Shown piece after piece: positions 19,098-31,100 of a stretch of DNA of 64,000 nt. Both the position numbers and the translations under genes were made by a program. Numbering within the stretch: position 1 is the first letter of the stretch; each line of letters begins with the position of its first letter. This DNA is from Candidatus Latescibacterota bacterium (GTDB lineage Bacteria > Latescibacterota > UBA2968 > SICM01): positions 5,280,001 through 5,344,000 of the forward strand of contig CBDCJO010000002.1 in NCBI GenBank assembly GCA_965217865.1. Direction: 5' to 3'. The notes beneath the pieces are model-generated. The model was not told the origin of the DNA. It was given only the letters and a program-made list of their open reading frames with translations, and did no database searches.

Positions 19098-22000
19098 GGG
19101 TTTCGGATCGGTTTTTGTCGCCTGAAATAACGTCTCAGACCATACAAAAGAATCGCTATGGGGCCCGCGCCCACGGCGAAAAACCGCCACAACCCTTTCT
19201 CCCGGGGGTCCTGAAAAACAAATCCCTGCCGGGTCTGGTTCCGGGCCTGGAGTTTGGCCATATCCGGGCCAAACGCCAGGTTGGCGACTGCGTTCAAAAG
19301 GAACTGGTTGTGCTGGAACTCAGGCGCATAGAGGTACTCGTCCCTGAACATCTCAGAACATCCAATCAGGAGCAGGGTCCCTTCCGCCTTCGCCGCATCC
19401 GAATCCTTAAGGCGCATCTCCCTGCCCCCGTCCTCCTCCTGAAAATTAACCTGAGGAAACCTCCCCTGAAGCATCATTGCTAGGGGCTGTTGGCCGGGAA
19501 GGAATTCTTGGAGGCTAAACGCCTCATCCGGCAGCCATCCCCCCTTCCAGTTGTAGGACCAGGACTTATCTGAAGTGGTGATCAGGACCTTGGGCGTGAT
19601 GTTCAGGGAATCCATCCTTGTTTGGTCCAGCGAAAACCGGTTTCCCCAGATAAAAAGCTGGTCTCCCAGCCTTCGCGTAATCGGGGATCCGCTCGAAAAG
19701 TTGGGGCCTACCGCCCGGATCAGAAAGGGGAGCGCCACTTCCTGCCCTTCGTACTCCCGGACCGCCCTTCGGTTGATTTGGGTCTCCAGACGCAGATGGG
19801 ATCGAGTCCTGTCCATCAGGACCTCCCGGACCTGTTCAACGCCGAACAGGCGCAGATAGGGGTTCAGATCCTGGAACTGCGGCTGTGGCCAGTAGACTGT
19901 CCGGAATCCCCTTCCCCGGTACTGGCGCTGCTGGATGTTGAAGTGCTGCAGGGCCACGATCGCTGTACCCCCACTTGACAGGTGGTCGCTCAGCAGGCGG
20001 ATAGCATTTGTCGCATCCCGGCGGGGTTGGAACCAGAGCAGCAGATCGGTTCCCTCCGGCAAATAGGGGTTTCGGGGGTCGACGGGGTGTACCCTGTACC
20101 CGTAGGCACCCAGCATCCGCTTTGCTTCGCTGTAGACGTCCGCACCCTTGGGGGGAATCAACCCTTTCTGGTGGTAGTCGTGGAAAGCTTCGGCGGGTGA
20201 AAGCCGGGGGGATTCGGCGATCACGGCCACCAGGGGCGCCTCGGCGCTCTCGATGCGGCGGACCGCGGCCACAAGGAGAAACTCGAGGTGGTCCAGCGTG
20301 CGTGTGTCAAGCCGGGGTATGATTGTGCTGCCTCCCCCCAGTGTAACGCGGAGGCCGCTCCAAACCTGACGGGAGACGGTTTCGTCGTTCAGAACAGTTC
20401 TCACCTCGAACGGCCCGAGACCCTGGGATGACAATGATGTCAAATCCGATTGTGGAAGCAGGTCGGGACGGAGGACCCGGACGTTAATCCCCAATTCGCG
20501 AAGCCTGGCGCGGATAGCCGCCTCGAGATGCTTCATGGAAGCGGGGAGGGAGGCCTTCGGGGTGATCACGAGCTCCACGCTCAGATTCGGGCTTCGTTCT
20601 GATAGCATTTGCCGGACCCGGAGCACGGGCGTGTTTGCCGCATCCCGGGTCAAGTCAAGGACAATACCGCCCGCATCCTGCCACATCTGCATCCCCATGA
20701 ACACAATCGCCAGAGCGATGGCTACGCGAATGGATAACCGGCGCCTCGGGGCGGACCAGGTCCCGCCCGTGGCTATGTAACGGCGAATCCCCAGGGCGAG
20801 GAGCAGAATCGGGATCAGAAACAGGGTTACGACCCGCCAGAAGGACCGTGAATAGGCGCTCAGAGGGGGAATCTCGGGAGGCGTGTAACGCTTCATACGT
20901 GCCCGAACAAGACGCTGCGGATCTGAATAGGTGCGCATCAGGGTCTTCAGAAACACCCTGTGTCCGTATCCGGGCTGGTTCAGGATGCCGTCCCGGAACA
21001 GGCTGGAGCTTCCCAGGACCAGGACCTGTCCCTTCCAGGGATCTTCAGGCTTAAGGAGGAGCATCAGGTTCTGCTTGCCGACCTTAAGCCGGGGTGTGAG
21101 TCCGGCATTGTCGAAGGGTTTTTGAGGAAGGCCTTCCACCCAGGCCTCTTCCGTGGTCGTGGCGAGGAGTTCGGCCTGATACCCGGCATCGGCCAGAAGG
21201 CGAGGTATGATCTGCAGGGGACTGGACGAGACGAAACTGAGACCGCCCCTTGCGGGGCCGGCAAAGCCCTTCAGGTTGTAGAACCCGGGCATGCAGCGGA
21301 GGTGAAACGGCGCTTCGACCTCGTGGACCTCACCCCCGGGGTCTGCCCAGAAGACAGGACCGCTCCGGCTGTCCATCAGAAGATCCGGTTGGGGGCGAAG
21401 ACCCAGGGGGGAAAGGAGAGACGCCCAGGCGGGTGACAGGGGAAAAGCCCGGTACTGGATCCCACCTGTTTCCGCTTTTTCATACTCCACGGTATACTGG
21501 CTGCCTGCCAGTACGGCGGTTCTCCCCGCCTCCAGGAAGCGTTGAAATTCCTTCAGATGGGAGGCGGTCATCCGTGCGGGCTGGATCCAGAACAACACAT
21601 CGGTCTCGGGCGGGATTCGGGGGTCGCTGTCCAGGTTGATCCGGATGACGTGTCCGAACTCTTTCAGGTGCTCCGCCAGCAGCTCGAAAGGCGGTGGGGC
21701 CGATACCGCGAACGTTGGACGCGGAGGATCCCTTAAAGCCTTCAGATTCTTGACGATTAGGTCTTCGAGATGCGGGAAATCGGTGGGTGTGATCCCCTGG
21801 ATCAGGACATCCTGATATTGTCCGTGAGAGAGGACCAGGGAGGACCAGACTTTCTGTTCGCTGTGCTCATCTCGGAGGATCCGGCGGGAACTGAAGGGAG
21901 AGGCTTTTTTTCGAGCGGCATAAGCCGCCCCCGAAGCGCCGCTCAACTCGGGGTCCAGGACCCGATACACGATTTTATCGGGTGCCTGGCGTTTTAAGGC

Positions 22001-22288
22001 ATCCAGAAGCGTGATTACTGAGCTTTCCACCCCTTTCAAATGAGATGGCATACGATCCCGGGCTGATACGAAGTAGGTAACGGCAAGTGGGCTCTTGAGC
22101 CCTGCCAGAAAAGCCCTGGTGTCCGACGAGAGGCTGGCGATGTCCCTTCCGGAGAGATCCAGTTTCACGCCACCGATGCGTGTAGCGATCCGCCCGGCGT
22201 AGACCACGATGAGGAGGAGGAAAAGGAAGAGGAGGATCGCACTTAGGATGAAACGTCGGTGGGCGGAGAGCCTAAAAATAGATCTCAT
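19094..22288 (-). CDS. GldG-like ABC-type auxiliary component with two tandem GldG units
   Basis: DLS...SLS.DT..FL.GLKSP..VTYFVS....P and DLT...TP motifs, each followed by an ABC_transp_aux-like domain and a TM helix. Confidence 0.8.
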   Translation of the reverse strand: MRSIFRLSAHRRFILSAILLFLFLLLIVVYAGRIATRIGGVKLDLSGRDIASLSSDTRAFLAGLKSPLAVTYFVSARDRMPSHLKGVESSVITLLDALKRQAPDKIVYRVLDPELSGASGAAYAARKKASPFSSRRILRDEHSEQKVWSSLVLSHGQYQDVLIQGITPTDFPHLEDLIVKNLKALRDPPRPTFAVSAPPPFELLAEHLKEFGHVIRINLDSDPRIPPETDVLFWIQPARMTASHLKEFQRFLEAGRTAVLAGSQYTVEYEKAETGGIQYRAFPLSPAWASLLSPLGLRPQPDLLMDSRSGPVFWADPGGEVHEVEAPFHLRCMPGFYNLKGFAGPARGGLSFVSSSPLQIIPRLLADAGYQAELLATTTEEAWVEGLPQKPFDNAGLTPRLKVGKQNLMLLLKPEDPWKGQVLVLGSSSLFRDGILNQPGYGHRVFLKTLMRTYSDPQRLVRARMKRYTPPEIPPLSAYSRSFWRVVTLFLIPILLLALGIRRYIATGGTWSAPRRRLSIRVAIALAIVFMGMQMWQDAGGIVLDLTRDAANTPVLRVRQMLSERSPNLSVELVITPKASLPASMKHLEAAIRARLRELGINVRVLRPDLLPQSDLTSLSSQGLGPFEVRTVLNDETVSRQVWSGLRVTLGGGSTIIPRLDTRTLDHLEFLLVAAVRRIESAEAPLVAVIAESPRLSPAEAFHDYHQKGLIPPKGADVYSEAKRMLGAYGYRVHPVDPRNPYLPEGTDLLLWFQPRRDATNAIRLLSDHLSSGGTAIVALQHFNIQQRQYRGRGFRTVYWPQPQFQDLNPYLRLFGVEQVREVLMDRTRSHLRLETQINRRAVREYEGQEVALPFLIRAVGPNFSSGSPITRRLGDQLFIWGNRFSLDQTRMDSLNITPKVLITTSDKSWSYNWKGGWLPDEAFSLQEFLPGQQPLAMMLQGRFPQVNFQEEDGGREMRLKDSDAAKAEGTLLLIGCSEMFRDEYLYAPEFQHNQFLLNAVANLAFGPDMAKLQARNQTRQGFVFQDPREKGLWRFFAVGAGPIAILLYGLRRYFRRQKPIRNP

Positions 22289-22348
22289 ATATTAGGGGTA
22301 ACTGGAAGTCTGGCAGTAGGTTGTGTGGAATAAAAAACGTGAGGCAGA

Positions 22349-22600
22349 GCATCAGCGGGCCACAGGCCCGTGATTCCTTGGCCCAGCCCAACGGGCTGGG
22401 TTTTGAATGTGGGCGCATCAGCGGGCCAACGGTCCGCGATCCGGACCAATCCCACACATACCTGTAGATGAATCAGGATGCGGGACAGGAATTGGGGGAT
22501 GTGAAATTATCGCGGCCCTTCAGGCCGCACGACGCTATTTTATTTCACTAACAGGGCGACTCGCCTGGGTTAAGGAACAACGCGCCGTTGGCGCTGAAAG
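22349..22600. mobile_element. Non-autonomous IS200-like palindromic element, copy 1
   Basis: Imperfect terminal inverted repeats (TCAGCGGGCC..GGCCCGTGATTCC / GGAACAACGCGCCGTTGGCGCTGA). The minus-strand centre reads PQFLSRILIHL plus a YVWD-type stub. Confidence 0.75.
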
Positions 22601-22636
22601 AAGGTTTTTGGTGGAAAGCGAAGTTCTTTAGGTGAC

Positions 22637-22851
22637 GCATCAACGGGCCAACGGCCCGTTGATTCCTTTGCCCAGTCCGACGGGCTGGGTTTTTAATGTG
22701 AGTGATTCGAGCGGGCCAACGGTCCGCGATCCGGATCAATCCCACCCATACCGTTATTATCGCGGCCCTTCAGGCCGCACGACGCTATTTTATTTCACTA
22801 ACCCAGGGCGTTGCCCTGGGTTGAGGAACAACGCGCCGTTGGCGCTGAAAG
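22637..22851. mobile_element. Non-autonomous IS200-like palindromic element, copy 2 (shortest centre)
   Basis: Same ends as copy 1, in tandem, inserted between the gldF-like and gldG-like genes. Confidence 0.75.
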
Positions 22852-22972
22852 AAACCCCTGACTACAGTCTCGGCGTCAAAACCATCCTGAATTGAAGAGG
22901 CCATTGCCTTTGATCTTCCTGCCAACTGCTGCCTTTCCCTGATCCTTGACCTCCGACCCCTGACCTCCGTTC

Positions 22973-23740
22973 TCAATACTTGCTCTGCCTCAACGTCACC
23001 TCGTTCATCCAGATGAAAAACGCGCTCATCAGGACGAAGTAGAGGGTGGGTGTCAGGCCAAAAACGCCTCTCCCGAAGGCTTCGTAATGGGGCATCACGG
23101 AGATCGATTCGTAGAGGAGGGTGCCGATCTGCCATTCCGGCACCAGGCCGTCGAGGACTTCAACCACTTTTTCGTGCCCGCTGAACACGAAAACGAAGCA
23201 GAACAGGGCCCCCAGGACGAAGGCGATGATCTGGTCCCGCGTCAGTCCCGAGACAAAGAGGCCGGCAGCCAGGAAGAAGGCCCCGAGCAGGACCGCCCCT
23301 AGATAATTGGCGAATATCAACCCGAAATCCGGGTTTCCTAAATAAGAGAGCATGATGACGATCGGGAGGCTGCCCATCAGCACGATGAAATAGAAGCAGA
23401 GGGCGGCCAGGTATTTTCCCAGGACAATCTGGAATGGCTGGAGGGGCAGGGTCATCAACAGTTCAAAGGTGTTGTTCGAACGCTCTTCAGCCCATCCCCG
23501 CATCGTGATTGCGGGGATAAAGGGGATCAGGAGGAAGGGGAGGATTTCAAAATAGGGGCCCATATCCAGGAGGCCGTTGAGGAAGAAGGCGTTCATGAAG
23601 GTGGAGCAGGAGAGGACCAGGAAGACCGAGGCGTAGATGTAGGCGATGGGGGCGTCGAAATAGGCTTCCAGCTCCCGCGAAAAGACGACTCTGGCGCCGC
23701 CCAAGAATTCCCTCGATGTAAGTCGATTCGGATCAGGCAT
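22973..23740 (-). CDS. ABC-2 permease, GldF-like
   Basis: RELEAYFDAPIAY, PAITMR.WAEER...TFELLMTLP...IVLGKY and S.LT.DQI.A motifs. Confidence 0.9.
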   Translation of the reverse strand: MPDPNRLTSREFLGGARVVFSRELEAYFDAPIAYIYASVFLVLSCSTFMNAFFLNGLLDMGPYFEILPFLLIPFIPAITMRGWAEERSNNTFELLMTLPLQPFQIVLGKYLAALCFYFIVLMGSLPIVIMLSYLGNPDFGLIFANYLGAVLLGAFFLAAGLFVSGLTRDQIIAFVLGALFCFVFVFSGHEKVVEVLDGLVPEWQIGTLLYESISVMPHYEAFGRGVFGLTPTLYFVLMSAFFIWMNEVTLRQSKY

Positions 23741-24479
23741 GGGCCGCTTCTCCTTGTTCCGATTGGCGGACCAGGTGGGTAAAGATGCCTTCCAGGTCGT
23801 TTCCCGATAGGCCGGTCTGTTTCCCCAGTTCCTCTTTTCGGCCGTCGGCCAGCAGCCGGCCGTTGTTGATGATCAGCACGCGGTCGCTCAGGGCCGAGAC
23901 TTCCCCGATGATGTGGGTGCTGAAGAGGATCACACGGTCCCGTCTGAGGCCGCGCAGCAGGTCGCGGAAGGCCAGCACCTGCATGGGGTCGAATCCGTGA
24001 GTGGGCTCGTCGAGCAGGAGGATGGGCGGGTCGTGGATCAGCGCGGTGGCCATGCCGATCCGCTGGCGGAATCCGGTTGAGCACTGGACGACCCGTTTCA
24101 GGAGCACCTCTTCGATTCCGGAGACATCCACGACCCAGTCGAACTGTCTTTTCAGGGCTTTTCCGCGAAGCCCACGGGCTTTTCCGATAAACTCGAGGAA
24201 TTTGTCCACCCGCATGCCCTGGTAGAGCGGGGTATCCCCCGAGAGGTACCCGATCAGTCGACGCACTGCGAGCGGATTTGCCACAACGTCCAGCCCGTCG
24301 ACCGTAATAACCCCTTCCGTGGGATAGATGAAGGTGGAGAGCATCTTCAAGACCGTGCTCTTGCCCGCACCGTTAGGGCCCACGAAACCGACGATTTCAT
24401 CCGGTTTGAGGGTGAAGCTGATGTCTTCGACGGCCTTGATTCGGCCGTATCTTTTTGTAACGGACTGGGCCTGGATCAT
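23733..24479 (-). CDS. ABC transporter ATP-binding protein, GldA-like
   Basis: Walker A GPNGAGKST, signature STGFRQR, Walker B LLLDEP and H-loop STH. Confidence 0.93.
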   Translation of the reverse strand: MIQAQSVTKRYGRIKAVEDISFTLKPDEIVGFVGPNGAGKSTVLKMLSTFIYPTEGVITVDGLDVVANPLAVRRLIGYLSGDTPLYQGMRVDKFLEFIGKARGLRGKALKRQFDWVVDVSGIEEVLLKRVVQCSTGFRQRIGMATALIHDPPILLLDEPTHGFDPMQVLAFRDLLRGLRRDRVILFSTHIIGEVSALSDRVLIINNGRLLADGRKEELGKQTGLSGNDLEGIFTHLVRQSEQGEAAHA

Positions 24480-25003
24480 CAGGGGGCAAGGGGCTGGGAG
24501 TGAAAAGAAGCTTAAGCTGACAGTAAGGTCCTACTTATACGTTAAAATCGGAGAAAGATCAAGGGAAAGAGCTGGAAGAGCGGGCAAACGGCAAACGTGA
24601 AACGGCAGACGGAAGTCGGGGGGCAGGAGTCAGAATCCAGGAAGGGGGAACAAAACGATTAGCTAAGCGAGTCATAAGCCATTAACGAAGACCTCCTGAG
24701 CGGAGTTCCGCGGTTTTTGCGGAATGTAGTCGAAGGACCGGGATGGGTTTGGGGCAATTCTCCGGAGAGGCGAGGGATTCCAAATAGAAAACACAATGAT
24801 TGGGCGTAGGGGCCAACTTGTGTGTCCGGCCCAATCAGGAGGGCGAACCGGCAGGCCGCCGTTTCCCACCCGATTATGGCAACGGAATTATTATGAACAG
24901 ATCATCCGCGATGATGGGCTTTTTAACCTTGACCGGGTCAATATGTGGAAGTACCTTAATCCTTAATTTTTATTGGATAGGAGAATGCATCCCCTTAGTT
25001 GTG

Positions 25004-25081
25004 ACGGATATACGGAATTCGATCTGCGGTCAAACCTAACCCCCAAACCCCCTTCCCGAAACGGGAAGGGGGCTATCGCCT
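25004..25081 (+). repeat. 78-bp direct repeat, left copy (right copy 33332-33409)
   Basis: ACGGATATACGGAATTCGA..GGTCA.ACCTAACCCCCAAACCCCCTTC.CGAAACGGGAAGGGGGCT.TCGCCT occurs on both sides of the giant FG-GAP gene. Confidence 0.85.
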
Positions 25082-25106
25082 CTATTTTAGCCGAACTTCA
25101 AACAAT

Positions 25107-28100
25107 ATGATTTCCCCTCTCCACAAAAACCGCCTTCCAACCCAATTCTGGTCTCGCCTGGGTATGCCCATTTTACATTTTTTACTTTTCATTTTCCGGG
25201 GCTGCTTTCGCCCAATCCGGCACCGTTTCCAGCAACCAGAAAATCGCGGCCAACATCGGCGGTTTTCCCCTGGTGGATATTACACTGGCGGATAATGACC
25301 AATTCGGCTTTTCGACAGCGGCTATCGGCGACCTTGACGGCGACGGTGTGGAAGACCTGGCCGTTGGGGCGCGCAACGACGACACCAACGGCACGGACCG
25401 TGGCGCGGTGTATGTGCTGTTGATGAACAGCGACGGGACAATCAAAAGCAACCAGAAGATTGCTGACAACACGGGCGGCTTCAGCGTCACCCTCACCGAT
25501 AGTGACGGATTTGGCAACTCGGTAGCGCCTGTGGGGGATCTGGACAACGACGGTGTGGAAGACCTGGCCGTGGGGGCACGCTTTGACGACACAGGCGGCA
25601 CGGATCGCGGGGCAATGTATGTGCTGTTGATGAACAGCAATGGGACAGTGAAGAGCAATCAGACGGCACGGGTCGGGGTGCGGTGTATGTACTGTTTATG
25701 AACACGGACGGCACGGTCGACCACCCGCAAAAGATCAGCGATACGACCGGGGAGCTTTCTGATAGTGACCAACTAGGCTTCGAGATAGCGAGTGTGGGGG
25801 ATCTGGACAACGACGGTGTCGAAGACCTTGCTGTGGGGGCGAACCAAGACGACACCAACGGCGCGAATCGCGGTGCGGTTTATGTGCTGTTTATGAACAG
25901 CGACGGCACAGTCTCCAGCAACCAGAAGATCGCGGACAACACGGGCGGCTTTAACGTCACCCTCACTGATGGTGACAGATTCGGCTGGTCGGTCGCTGGC
26001 CTGGGTGACCTGGACAACGACGGTGTGGAAGATCTGGCCGTAGGGGCGTATCACGACGACACGGGGGGCACGGATCGTGGCGCGGTGTATGTGCTGTTCA
26101 TGAACACCGACGGCACGGTCAAAAGCAACCAGAAGGTCGCGGATAACACCGGGGGCTTCAGCGTCACCCTGACGGATAGTGACGAATTCGGCAGCTCGAT
26201 AGGAGATGTGGGGGATCTGGACAACGACGGTGTGGAAGACATGGCAGTAGGGGCGAACCCTCGACGACACGGGCGGCGCGGAACGCGGTGCGGTGTATGT
26301 GCTGTTGATGAACAGCAACGGCACGGTCAAGAGCAACCAGAAGATCGCGGACAACACGGGGGGCTTCAACGTCACCCTGACGAATGATGACCGATTCGGC
26401 TTCTCGGTAGCTGGCTTAGGGGATTTGGACGGCGACAGTGTGGAAGACATGGCCGTGGGGGCGATCTTCGACGACACCGGTGGTGCGGATAGTGGCGCGG
26501 TGTATGTGCTGTTGATGAACAGCGATGGCACGGTCAAAAGCAACCAGAAGATCGCGGACAACACGGGGGGCTTCAACGTCACCCTCACGGATAGTGACCA
26601 ATTCAGCTCAGTAGCGGGTATGGGAGATATAGACAACGACGGTGTGGAAGACCTTGTCGTGGGGGCCTACTCAGACAACACCGGCGGCACAAATCGGGGT
26701 GCGGCGTATGTGCTGTTCCTGAACCAGGCGGATTTCGCGGAGGCGGGGAATGTGGCGGGGGTGGACCTGAGCGCAAACGTGGAGTCGGTTTCCTGGGTGG
26801 ACTATGACGGAGATGGAGACCAGGATCTCTACGTGTCCGCCCGGTCGAGTGCCAACAAGCTATATCAGAACAACGGCAGCGGGTCGTTTACCGATGTCGC
26901 GAATGCGCCTGAGAACAGCAGCACGGACGACCTGGGCGCCGCCTGGGGGGACTATGACAACGACGGCGACCTGGACCTGTACATCACCGTGTCCGGGGGC
27001 GGGGGGGCCAATATTTTTTATGAGAACGATGGAGACGGCACGTTCACTGACAAGACGACCGCCTCCGGGTTGACGGACACCGGAGGGGGGCGGACCCCCG
27101 CCTGGGCGGATTACGACGACGATGGAGACCTGGACCTGGCGCTGGCCAACTTCACCGCAGCGACCAGTAAGCTGTTCCGGAACGATGGGAATCTCACCTT
27201 CACGACACTGGGCGGTCCAATCGCGGCGGCCCCTGGCGCCCACGCCGTTACATGGGGGGATTATGACGGTGACGGGGATCTGGATCTGTACATGACGCAC
27301 CACGCGGCCGTCAATTCGCTTTTCCGGAACGACGGGTCGGATACGTTCGTGGAGGATGCGGCCACAGCCGGGGTGGCCGATATCTCCGGGCTGGCCTACG
27401 GCGCTGGGTGGGCGGATTACGACAACGACGGGGACCTGGACCTTGCCGTTGTCAACAGCGGATTCGCGGACCGCCTCTTTACCAACGGAGGAAGCGGAAC
27501 CTTCGCCGAGGTTGCTACCACGGCCGGGCTGGGGGATACCGGTACCGGTCGGGGTATGGCCTGGGCGGACTACGATGGGGACGGCGACATGGACCTCTAC
27601 GTGGCGACCGCGACCGGGGAGACCAACCTGCTTTACAAGAACAACGGCAACACGAACAAGTGGCTGCACGTGAAGCTGACCGGTGTGGCGAACAACAAAT
27701 CTGCGATAGGAACCCTGGTGACGGCCGTGACGAGTTCGACCCGGCAGCAGCGATACGTGGACGGGGGATCGGGGTATCTTTCTCAGCCTTCATTGCCAGT
27801 GGAGTTCGGATTCGGTTCCACGACCACAGTGGATTCATTGATCGTGGACTGGGCGGACGGATTTCATCAATCCCTGACCAGCGTTGCGACCAACCAGGTC
27901 CTTTCGTTGACGGAGACGTTTCCCACCATCACTTCCATCAGTCCCACCTCCGGAAACGTGGGGACTTCCGTCACGATCACCGGGACCAACTTCGATCCCA
28001 CTCCGGCCAACAACACGGTCTTCTTCGACCCCATCGAGGCGACGGTCACCGCGGCCTCAGCGACTTCGCTCACAGTCACCGTCCCTTCGGGCGCGGGCTT

Positions 28101-31100
28101 CGGTCCGATCAGCGTGACGGTAAGCAACCGGACCGCAATTTCCACCGATTTCTTCCTCCCCACTTTTTCGGGCACTTCCCCGACGATAAGCGCCTCGACC
28201 CTGGCTGCCAAAGTCGACTTCACCGCTGGAACCGATCCAACCAGCGTGGCGATAGGTGATCTTGATGGCGATGGTAAACTTGAATTAATCGTCGCAAATA
28301 ATGGCGGGGGCAGCGGAACTACGATGTCGGTGTTTCGCAATACGAGCACATCTGGAACCATTGATGCAAACTCCTTTGCTGCTAAAGTCGACTTCACTAC
28401 AGGAACCGGTCCATACGGCGTAGCGGTTGGTGATCTCGATGGCGATGGTAAACCCGATGTTGTCGTGGCGAATAACATTTCTGCGACCGTGTCGGTGTTT
28501 CGCAATACGAGCACATCAGGAACCGTAAATGCCTCTTCCTTTGCTGCGAAAGTCGACTTCACCGCTGGAGCGGGTCCAATCGGCATGGCGATAGGTGATT
28601 TTGATGGCGATGTCAAACCCGATTTGGCTGTAGCGAATGGGGGTTCAAACACCGTGTCGGTGTTTCATAACACGAGCACATCTGGAACCCTTGATACCAA
28701 TACCTTTGCTGCTAAAGTCGACTTCACCACTGGAGCCGCTCCACAGATCATGGCGTTAGGTGATCTTGATGGCGATGGCAAACCCGATTTGGTCGTGGCC
28801 AACTTTACTTCTGCCACTGTGTCGGTGCTTCATAACACGAGCACATCTGGAACCCTTGATACCAATACCTTTGCTGCTAAAGTCGACTTCACCACTGGAA
28901 CCCAGCCACTGAACGTGGCGTTAGGTGATCTTGATGGCGATGGCAAACCCGATGTCGTCGTGGCCAACTTTGGTTCAACCACCATGTCGGTGCTTCGTAA
29001 CACGAGCACGAGCGGAACCCTTGATGCCTTTTCTTTTGCTGCGAAAATCGACTTCAACACTGGAACCTCTCCATACAGCGTGGTGATAGGTGATCTGGAT
29101 GGCGATGGGAAACCCGATGTGGCGACGGCGGATGGTACAGGCGCATCGGTGTTCCACAATTTAACCTCCACCGTCCCTCCGCCGAGTCCGGTATCGCCGC
29201 CGCTGAACGACATCGATGCGTTGACCACAGCGAACGTGACCGCGACTTTCGACCAGGCCATAAACGCCGGGACTGCGAGCACGTTTGTGGTGCACGGGTC
29301 CTTGACCGGAGAGCGATCCGGGACATATGGAGGAGGGGGGACGACCGTGATCAGCTTCGATCCGGCCGCGGACTTCCATCCGGGAGAAGAGGTGCAGGTT
29401 TCCTTAACTTCGGGGATTCAGACCCCTGGAGGGGAGGCCATTCCGACTTATGTGTGGACGTTTAGAGCCGCGGCCGGAACAGGTGCCGTAGGCTTCTCCG
29501 GACCTTCCATAAACTTCGGAACGGGGAGCGATTTGTCGTATGGTGTAGCTTTAGGAGACGTGGATGGCGATGGGGATCTGGATGTGGCGGTGGGGAACGA
29601 TGGCGAGCAGAACGCGGTGTATTTGAACGATGGGAGCGGGAACTTCACCACATCGAGAAACTTCGGTACCGGAACAGATGCGACGCAAGAGGTCGCGTTG
29701 GGAGATATTGACGGGGATGGGGACCTGGACATCGTCGCGGGGAACGTGCTGGAACAGAATGTGGTTTATTTGAACGATGGGATCGGAAACTTTTCTGCAG
29801 GCAGCAACTTTGGCCCCGGGTCTGATGCTGCGGATGCGGTTGCCCTGGGAGACGTTGACGGTGACGGGGATCTGGATATTGGTGTGGGCGGGGCTTTCGA
29901 TCAAAACGTGGTTTATCTGAACGATGGGACAGGGAGCTTCCCGTCCAGCAGCGACTTCGGTACCGGAACCGACCTTACGGTCGCAACTGCCTTTGCGGAT
30001 GTAGATCTGGATGGGGATCTGGATGTGGCCGCGGGTAACATTGGCGGAGAGCAGAACGTGGTCTATCTGAACGATGCGGCCGGGGTGTTTAGCACCGGGA
30101 GCAGGAACTTCGGCACCGGATCGGATGCAACGAGTTCAATGGTTTTGGGGGACGTGGAGGGGGACGGGGATCTGGACATCGCTGTTGGAAACTCCTCCGA
30201 ACAGAATGTGGTGTATCCGAACGATGGAAGCGGAAACTTCACCACATCCACGAACTTCGGAACGGTGAGTGACGCGACCGAGTCGATTGGATTAGGAGAC
30301 GTTGACAACGACGGCGACCTGGACATCGCGGTCGGGAACGCCTCGCCGAATGTGGTCTATCTGAACCAGCCTGCGATTATCTCGCTCTCCGACTCATCGG
30401 TATCGTTTGGGAGCGTGGAGAAGGGTCAGTCGGCCCAGGATTCGTTCCAAATCCGGAACGATGGGGGGCTGACCTTGACCATATCGGGGCTTTCGGATGA
30501 CTCGGATCAGTTCAGCCTTTCTCCTGTTGTACCTCCGAGCCTCAACATAGCACCCGGGGACAGCACCACGGTTATAGCGACATTTTCACCGACGTCTGTT
30601 GGTACCAAAGCGGGAACGATTACGATTTCCAGCAACGACTCGACCACCCCGACAGAGACGGTATCGCTTTCCGGGTCCGGGCCCGATACCACAGCGCCTG
30701 CGATCCCGACCGGCCTTTCAGCCACAGCCGGGCCGAACCAGGTGTCGCTTTCCTGGACGGCCAACACCGATGCAGACCTTTCTCACTATGTCATCCTGCG
30801 CAGCACGACCGACGGTTTCACGCCGACCCCGGCGGATTCTGTAGGCCGTGCGGACGCCCCTGCGGCAACCTTTACGAATACAGGGTTGACGGAGGGGACC
30901 TTCTATTACAGGATCACCGCGGCCGACAGCATCGGGAATGTAAGCAGCGCATCGGCGCAGGTGTCTGCGACGCTTGTGCCAGCCATAACGCTTCCGGCGG
31001 GTAGTCTGTCTTTTGGGGGTGGACCTGGGGGGAACCTCGCTTTTGGAGCTTTCAATTTCGAACCCGGGCACGGCGGTCCTATCGATTTCGAGCATGACCC

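Noticed and set aside
22272-22895. Short ORFs recurring at repeat copies (e.g. MGLIRIADRWP... at 22548, 38982, 39646, 42394)
   Set aside because: They are translations of the palindromic element itself, with variable frames and ends, not conserved proteins.
18051-24479. Calling these gliding motility genes gldA/gldF/gldG
   Set aside because: This ABC family is widespread in non-gliding bacteria and no gldK-N/spr genes are in the window, so symbols were withheld.
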